Origin: Octopus vulgaris
Taxonomy: Eukaryota
Assembly: GCA_951406725.2 (NCBI GenBank)
Contig: OX597842.1
Coordinates: forward strand, 434,001 to 498,000
DNA length: 64,000 nt
Direction of reading: 5' to 3'
Shown here: positions 55,771 through 64,000 of the stretch, in pieces
Position numbering within the stretch: the first letter of the stretch is position 1
How the letters are laid out: each line of letters opens with the position of its first letter
The notes under the pieces: model-generated
The model's database searches: none
Seen by the model: the letters and a program-made list of their open reading frames with translations, nothing else
Told to the model about the DNA's origin: nothing
Translations under genes and position numbers: made by a program

Positions 55771-55930
55771 CGACGGGCTTCTTTCAGTTTCTGTTTGCCA
55801 AATCCACTCAAAAGGCTTTGGTCATCTCAAGGCTATAGTAGAAGACACTTGCCCAAGGTGCCACGCAGTGGGACTGAACCTGGAACCATGTGGCTGGTAA
55901 ACAAGCTACTTACTACTCAGGTACTCCTAT
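55305..55930 (-). mobile_element. SINE family A with duplicated 5' half
   Basis: Reverse complement of family A, forming a large inverted pair with 54222-55030. Confidence 0.85.
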
Positions 55931-56594
55931 GCCTTCTCCCAAGCAGGCTGTTCCATTGATCGGATCAACTGGGACCCTCGCTGTCATAACTGATGGAGTG
56001 CGAGTTTTTAGTGAAGGTCAGTGGCCTAGTGGTTAGGTTATTTGGCTCATGATCATAAGGTTGTGAGTTCGATTCCAGGCAATGCATTGTGTCCTTGAGC
56101 AAGACACTTTACTTCACATTGCTCCAGTCCATGCATCCTGCAAAAATGAGTTGTACCTGTATTCCAAAGGGCCAGTTTTGTCACACTCTGTGTCATGTCA
56201 AATCGCCCCGAGAACCACATTTAAGATACTTATGCCTGTGGAGTATTCAGCCACTTGCATGTTAATTTCGCAAGCAGGCTGTTTGGTTGATCAGATCAAC
56301 CGGGACACTCAACTGCAGGACCAGATTAAGATTAAGCCCCATAGAAGCCCCAGGCACTTTAAAGATTTCCTATTCAAGATTATAAACAAAAACAAACCAT
56401 AAAATAAATTTCTATTTTTCAAAATGAAACAAAACTAACAGTAAAATGTAAAATAATGCTTATTTTTGTATACTTACACTTCATCTCATCTCATTTAGGT
56501 CACCCCTATTCATAGGACGGCCCTATTCATAGGGGATTCAGCTGCGCATACTATAGGAGGCACAGAGCACTGCTCCATATGGTCCTGCAGTTTC

Positions 56595-57033
56595 CTATTT
56601 CTTTATTGCCCACAAGGGACTAAACACAGAGGGGACAAACAAAGGGATTAAGTCGATTACATTGACTCCAGTGCATAACTGGTACTTAATTTATTGACCC
56701 TGAAAGGATGAAAGGCAAAGTCGACCTTGATGGAATTTGAACTCAGAATACAACGGCAGAAGAAATACCGCCAAGCATTTTGCCCGGCGTGCTAACATTT
56801 CTTATTTCTTTATTGCTCACAAGGGGCTAAACATAGAGGGGACAAACAAGGACAGACAAAGGGATTAAGTCGATTACATTGCCCCCAGTGTGTAACTGGT
56901 ACTTAATTTATCAACCCCGAAAGGATGAAAGGCAAAGTTGACCTTGGCGGAATTTGAACTCAGAACGTAATAGCAGACGAAATACCGTTAAGCATTTCGC
57001 CCAGCATGCTAACACTTCTGCCAGCTCACTGCC
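56595..57033 (-). mobile_element. SINE family B dimer
   Basis: Reverse complement of head plus two bodies. A similar tandem lies at 62340-62760. Confidence 0.85.
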
Positions 57034-57367
57034 TTGTGGTTTCACAGTTTCCATCTAACTAAGAATATCAGGGTCACATCCATTGTCTTGTATTCAAGAT
57101 TCCCTGCATTACATCCTGCTGGTTCAAAGCCAGGAATCTACTGCCAACGCTTATATTTGAAAAGTTTTCTCCTTTTTTTTTTAATTGTAATGTCTTTGAT
57201 GAAATCCTCATTATGACACCATGAACACTTTGAAATTATATTTCCAACCATGTAAACCACTTTGAATATTATTTTAGCAGGTTTAAAGTGATTTCTTTTG
57301 TGCCATAAACTATTTACCATTTCTGTACTGACCTGACATCCCTTGATGCCCTAAGCACGAGCTTATT

Positions 57368-57401
<34 letters not shown>

Positions 57402-58555
57402 CATGTGTGAATGTGTGTATAAACATCAGGCTTTTTCTAGTTTCCATCTACCAAATTCACTCACAAGGCAAGGGTCAGCCCAAAGCTATAGTAGAAATAC
57501 TTGCCCAAGGGATCATGCAGGGGGATACTGTTCATGATTTAATTATATTCAACAGCTGTTTCATTAGGATACACATATACATAGCCATACATACATACAT
57601 GGGACATATAACACACTGCCACAATACCAATCTTGAGAAAGGAGAAAACTAATCCAAAGACTACAGATCCAATCCATCAGTGGAACCGTAAAAATCTGTA
57701 AAACTTTCCAGAAGTTTATCATTTAAATATATATGAGCAAGTCTAGATATGTAACTGTTTGCATGAGAATACATACATAAAACAAAACATACAAATCTGC
57801 ACATATATGTACATACATACATACATACAAACATACAATTGTTGATGTTGAAATTCCAATGAAAGAGCCTTGGATCTAGGTTAGAAACCAGCTCTTTCTC
57901 CATTGGTAAGAAACCTTGAAATAAAACGAAACAATCACATACATAGATACATATCTCTTTTACTTGTTTCAGTCTCTAGACTGTGGCCATGCTGGAGCAC
58001 TGCACTGTGATGCCAGTACTCATCTTTAAAGTCTAGCATTTATTCTGTCAGTCTCTTTTGCTGAACCACTGAGTTTTTACTTGTTCAAGCTTCTGTCCAT
58101 CTGCCTTGGCATTTGCTTCCTTTAAACCTGTTTTAATGTCATCACCGTTTTCAAGCCTAGCCAGGCTCATGGGTCCGGTTTCCCGGTTTCTGTGGCGTAT
58201 GTGTTCCCCCCAGTTGGACGGGATGCCAGTCCATCACAGCGTTACTCAAGAAACAGGAAGAGAGAGTGAGAGAAAATTGTGGCGAAAGGGTACAATAGGG
58301 GTTGCCACCACCCCCTGCTGGAGCCTTGTGGAGCTTTTAGGTGTTTGTGCTCAATAAACATACACAAGGCCTGGTCTGGGAATCGAAACCAAGATCCTCC
58401 AACTGTGAGTCTGTTGCCCTAACCACTGTGTCCTAATAAATGTGCCCTTTTAAAGCTTAGCCAGGCTCATGGGTCAGTTTCCTGGTTTCTATGGCTTATG
58501 TGTTCCCCAACTGGATGGGACGCCAGTTCATCGCAGCGTTACTCATTTTTGCCAG

Positions 58556-59388
58556 CTGGAGCAATGTAAAATGAAGTGTTTTGCTCAAGAACACAACGCG
58601 TCACCCGGTCCAGGAATCGAAACCACAATCTTACAATCATGAGTCCAACACCCTAACCACTAAGCCATGCACCTTCACATCCAGGCATTGAAAAGAGTCT
58701 GTTTCTGGAGTGAAATGAAGTGCTTTGCTCAAGAACACAATGTATTGCCTGGTCCAGGAATTGAAACCACAATCTTACAATCATGAATCCAACACCCTAA
58801 CCACTAAGCCATGCACCTTCACATCCAGGCATTTAAGAGAGTCTGTTTCTGGAGTGAAATGAAGTGCTTTGCTCAAGAACACAATGTATTGCCTGGTCCA
58901 GGAATTGAAACCACAATCTTACAATCATGAGTCCAACACCCTAACCACTAAGCCATGCACCTTCACATCCAGGCATTTAAGAGAGTCTGTTTCTGGAGTG
59001 AAATGAAGTGTTTTGCTCAAGAACACAATGTATTGCCTGGTCCAGGAATTGAAACCACATTCTTACAATCATGAGTCCAACACCCTAACCACTAAGCCAT
59101 GCACCTTCACATCCAGGCATTTAAGAGAGTCTGTTTCTGGAGTGAAATGAAGTGCTTTGCTCAAGAACACAATGTATTGCCTGGTCCAGGAATTGAAACC
59201 ACAATCTTACAATCATGAGTCCAACACCCTAACCACTAAGCCATGCACCTTCACATCCAGGCATTTAAGAGAGTCTGTTTCTGGAGTGAAATGAAGTGCT
59301 TTGCTCAAGAACACAATGTATTGCCTGGTCCAGGAATTGAAACCACAATCTTACAATCATGAATCCTACACCCTAACCACTAAGCCAC
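58556..59388 (-). repeat. 144-bp tandem array (6 units) of a tRNA-like SINE head
   Basis: ctggag marker at 58705, 58849, 58993, 59137, 59281. The reverse-complement unit has TGGCTTAGTGG (A box) and GGTTTCAATTCC (B-box-like). Confidence 0.9.
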
Positions 59389-59529
59389 TAAACCTGTTTT
59401 ACTAACCATTATCTTTGGTAAAGAACAATGCTGCCGCAGCAGAGAACTCCTACAAACCCTGATACAGCAAGAGACAAACCAGAAAATCTTGGAGAAGACA
59501 TAAAAAACAAAAATGTCTTTCTCTAAAAA

Positions 59530-59995
59530 CCTGGAAGTACCAGAAATTTTTTTGACAAAATAGATTTAATTTCACCTGTTAGGTATAAAGAGCGCCAACG
59601 AGTCTGCGCTTAATTTGTAACGAACATCAGATGAAATTATGAAACCTACTAAATTAAGATGTCTTGGTTCCAGACAAGATTCCTTTAAAGGAAATTCTTT
59701 ATCATTCTTTAGTTTTTGTTCAAAGATTTCCAAAATCTTTGAAAAGAGAAAAGAGAAATAGAATTTTTCCTTTTTTTAACTATTTACTGGTTCCAGAAAA
59801 TATCTCAGAGCACCATAAGAAGCCTGATATGTAATTAGAGAATCTAAGAAACCATAGATAACGATTGGTGAAGAAATTGAGCAGCCAGTGGCAGACGGAA
59901 TCACCGAAATTCTCCATGGAGATAACAAATGTAGAGAAAATAAGAAAAATTCCTCTGTCAAATGATCCAAAGTGGTGAAGAATTTGCTGAAATTT
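59530..59995 (+). pseudogene. Decayed hAT (Charlie/Buster, ZBED8/SCAND3-like) transposase N-terminus
   Basis: Across stops and frameshifts: CNE…SDEIMKPTKLR (cf. BED finger NESMKPSKLKRH), LRAP*EA*YVIRESKKP*ITIGEEIEQPVADGITEILHG (cf. IAKSKKPHTIGEELI) and VEKIRKIPLSND (cf. IPLSNDTV). Confidence 0.75.
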
Positions 59996-60877
59996 ACTGT
60001 CACCGATTTGTGGAACTTACTGTAAGAATCGGAGAAATGTTAAACATGCAGGTCCAGCTGTGTGGCTAAGACATTTTATTTCCCAACCACAGGGTTTCGG
60101 ATTGAATCCCAACCCATGGCATCTTGAGCAAGGGTCTTCTACTATGGCCCCGGGCCAGTCAAACCCTTGTGAGTGGATTTGGTTCATGGAAACTAAAAGA
60201 AGCCTGTTGTGTATAAATATATATTCTTTTCTTTTCTTTTATCTGTTTCAGTCATTTGACTGCAGCCATGCTGGAGCACCGCCTTTAGTTGAATAAATCA
60301 ACCCATTCTTTGTAGGCGTAGTATTTATTCCATCAGTTGCTTTTGCTGAACTGCTAAGTTACGGGGACACAAACACACTGGAACTTATTGTAAGAATCGG
60401 AGAAATATTATACATGCAGGTCTAGCTGTGTGGCTAAGACACTTTATTTCCCAACCACAGGGTTTCAAGTTTAATTCCAACCCATGGCATCTTGAGCAAG
60501 GGTCTTCCTTTATGGCCTCGGAGAATTAAAAGTGCAGATATGGGTGTGTGGTTAAGATGCTTTGCATTGCATCCACAAGGCCTTGGGTTCAGTCCCACGG
60601 TGGGGCATCTTGAGCAAGCATCCTCCTCTTTAGCCTCAGGATGATCAGTGCCTTGGAAAGGAATTTGGGAGACAGAAGGGCATCCAGCTGTAGAAACTCT
60701 GCCGGATCAAGACCGGAGCCTGGTGCAGCCATCTGGTTCACGAGCACTCAGTCATATGTCCAACCCATGCCTTCTTGCTGTCTGTCTGTCTGTCTGTCTC
60801 TCTCTCTTTCAAGTAGGCACATTAAAGAAAATAACTACTGTTATCCACAATGAACTTGAGATCTACAAACAAAGTCT

Positions 60878-61292
60878 AGGCGCAGGAGTGGCTGTGTGGT
60901 AAGTAGCTTGCTTACCAACCACCTGGTTCCAGGTTCAGTCCCACTGCGTGGCACATTGGGCAAGTGCCTTCTACTATAGCCTCGGGCCGACCAAATCCTT
61001 GTGAGTGGATTTGGTAGACGGAAACTGAAAGAAGCCTGTCATATATATATACATATATATATATATATGTATGTGCGTGTATATGTTTGTGTGTCTGTGT
61101 TTGTCCCCCTAGCATTGCTTGACAACCGATGCTGGTGTGTTTACGTCCCCGTCACTTAGCGGTTCGGCAAAAGAGACCGATAGAATAAGTACTGGGCTTA
61201 CAAAGAATAAATCCCGGGGTCGATTTGCTCGACTAAAGGCGGTGCTCCAGCATGGCCGCAGTCAAATGACTGAAACAAGTAAAAGAGTAAAA
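60878..61292 (+). mobile_element. SINE family A, best-preserved full-length copy
   Basis: Complete head, internal TA tract and tail, with many CpGs retained. Confidence 0.92.
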
Positions 61293-61725
61293 GTGTAAAC
61301 TCTGTCCACACAAACAACTTGACAAAATTGGATATGTTTTGTATATTGTAACGACTAATATTATAATCACCTTAATGAATGACCACCTTAATAATTAATT
61401 AATATTGCTCTTCAGTCATATCTCTGATTCACTGTCACATTAAACTTCATGTATATAATTGATTGAAATTTGTTAGAAATTAGTGACCTCCTAACGAATT
61501 GCAGCCTTCTTTTCGTTCTTATAACGAATCATGAATTTGTTACACTTGCACAGTGTCATAGGTGCAGGAGTGGCTGTGTGGTAAGTAGCTTGCTTACCAA
61601 CCACATGGTTCTGGGTTCAGTCCCACTGTGTGGCACCTTGGGCAAGTGTCTTCTATTATAGCCTCGGGCTGACCAAAGCCTTGTGAGTGGATTTGGTAGA
61701 CGGAAACTGAAAGAAGCCTGTCGTA

Positions 61726-61772
<47 letters not shown>

Positions 61773-61787
61773 TGTAAGAAGTCCTTC

Positions 61788-61817
<30 letters not shown>

Positions 61818-61818
<1 letters not shown>

Positions 61819-62043
61819 AAGTTAATCCAAACAAGAAAACACAGAAAAAAAGAGAAAAAATGAGAAAAAAACACAGCAACGCACGTGGAACAATTAAAGT
61901 ATTATTGGATGCTCAGGAAAGAAGGGAAGAAGGAGGGTTTAATGTTTCGAGCGGAGCTCTTCATCGGAAACATAGGAGAAGGAAAGATCCCGAGAAGGGA
62001 AGACAGAGGAAAAAAATCGCTGGTGGTACTCACGAGGTCACAT
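61818..62043 (-). mobile_element. Hammerhead-bearing short element (probable solo pLTR) inserted in the TA tract of a SINE A; motif at 61937-61971
   Basis: Reverse complement GTTT-CCGATGA-A-GAGCtccGCTC-GAAA-CA-TT-AAAC. Stem II perfect, two core-region substitutions. SINE A halves lie at ~61560-61725 and ~62065-62270. Confidence 0.7.
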
Positions 62044-62283
62044 ATATATATATTTATGTGTGTATGTGTCTGTGTTTGTGTTTGTCCCTCCACCATTGCT
62101 TGACAATTGATGCAAGTGTGTTCATGTCCCCAAAACTTAGCTGTTCAGCAAAAAAGGCCGATAAAATAACAACTAGACTTACAAAGAATAAGTCCTGGGG
62201 TTGACTTCTTCAACTAAACATGGTGCTCCAGCATGGCCACAGTCAAATGACTGTAACAAGTAAAAGAAGAGAATACACGCACA

Positions 62284-62324
<41 letters not shown>

Positions 62325-63101
62325 GCACACGTATATACATATTTCTTTATTGCCCACAGGGGGCTAAAGATAGAGGGGACAAACAAGGACAGACAAAGGC
62401 ATTAAGTTGATTACATCGACCCCAGAGCGTGACTGGTACTTTTTAATCGACCCCAGTGTGTAACAGGTACTTATTTAATCAACCCCGAAAGGATGAAAGG
62501 CAAAGTTGACCTTGGCGGAATTTGAACTCAGAATGTAACGGCAGACGAAATACCTATTTCTTTACTACCCACAAGGGGTTAAACACAGAGGGGACAAACA
62601 AGGACAGACATAGGTATTAAGTCGATTACATCTACCCCAGTGCGTAACTGGTACTTAATTTATCGACCCCGAAAGGATGAAAGGCAAAGTCGACCTTGGC
62701 GGAATTTGAACTCACAACGTAACGGCAGATGAAATACCGCTAAGTATTTCACCCGGCATGCTTACACACAAACACACATATACACACAGCTTCTTCAACA
62801 ATCATAAGAAAATACTTCTTAACCTATCAAAATTTTATTTCCATTTCCATTCTCAAAAAAAAAAAAAAAAAAATCCAAAACCTTCCTAAAAACAAACCAT
62901 TACCATGTATATATATGTACATATATATATATGTATGTATGCATAGATATAGATATATATGTGTGTATATATATGTAAATATATATATATATATACACAT
63001 ATACTTACACACACACACATATATATATAAATGTATATATATATACGAATATACATGCATAGATATTTATGTATATGTGTGTATGCATGTATGTGTTTGT
63101 G

Positions 63102-63248
<147 letters not shown>

Positions 63249-63405
63249 ACATATACACACACCAAAAAAACCCGATCCACATAAAACTTCAAATTCCATA
63301 AATCACACATAAAACATACATAAAAAAAATAAAAGCCAAAAAAACCCCACATCAAACCAGTAAAAACCAGTCAAAAACCAGTTTAAACCTGGATGAAAAA
63401 CCTAC

Positions 63406-63438
63406 CTCATAATCTAATTGACAAGAACTCGCCGACAT
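63406..63438 (-). CDS. Candidate first coding exon of an unidentified host gene (MSASSCQLDYE)
   Basis: aaatATG…GAG|GTAGGT donor in a unique CpG-retaining island, with TCAGTT Inr-like motifs at 63643-63655. No homology recognised and upstream ATGs are present. Confidence 0.25.
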
Positions 63439-63712
63439 ATTTTATCAGCGCCGTCTTTGGTTTCGTAATGGATTCGGTTCTTTATCTCATCCACTCCATT
63501 TAACTCGATACTTCGTTGATTTAAGTGGCTGTGATACCTTGGTTAATTCTTCTTGATGAATACAACCAATTAGCTAGGAATTCGGAATAATTACCATCTT
63601 GTACTTTCATTATTGAAGCCGGCCAGGTGAACTTGTTTTGGGAACTGACAACTGATGAGAACTGTGGAAATTCTAATGCATCTTCATGTGTGTATATATG
63701 TATATATATGTG

Positions 63713-63784
<72 letters not shown>

Positions 63785-63834
63785 TATATATATATACATA
63801 TATATGTATGTATGTATAGATATAGATATATATG

Positions 63835-63926
<92 letters not shown>

Positions 63927-64000
63927 GTGTGTGTGTATATATATATATATACACATACACATATACTCACACACACACATATATATATATGTATATATAT

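Noticed and set aside
60878-60950. tRNA gene
   Set aside because: A/B boxes belong to SINE heads that continue into SINE bodies; no complete cloverleaf is evident.
63648-63682. CTGATGA…GAAA hammerhead-like match
   Set aside because: Stem II (gaactgtg) cannot pair, the cleavage position would be G, and there is no stem I.

Overview
AT-rich, repeat-saturated eukaryotic DNA. The very long (TA)/(CA)/(ATC)/(TAA) tracts and the SINE/LINE mix point to a coleoid cephalopod, most likely Octopus (inference). No intact host CDS is visible, and almost all ORFs in the supplied track are microsatellite or repeat artefacts. Recognisable coding remnants are all from mobile elements: a Penelope-like RT/GIY-YIG tail, RTE, CR1, Tx1-like and R4/Dong-like LINE 3' ends, and a decayed hAT (Charlie/Buster-type) transposase. 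There are also three SINE families, Helitron/Helentron non-autonomous elements and several tandem arrays built from repeat fragments. The most interesting signal is a dispersed set of type I hammerhead-ribozyme motifs in at least four different sequence contexts. One has a fully intact core (49887-49926), and most have a palindromic or minimal stem III of the kind known from Penelope-like terminal repeats. Also notable are nested inverted duplications with template-switch junctions (18.4-20.2 kb), a symmetric NRF1/ETS palindrome (23.2 kb), and a possible first exon of a minus-strand host gene near 63.4 kb.
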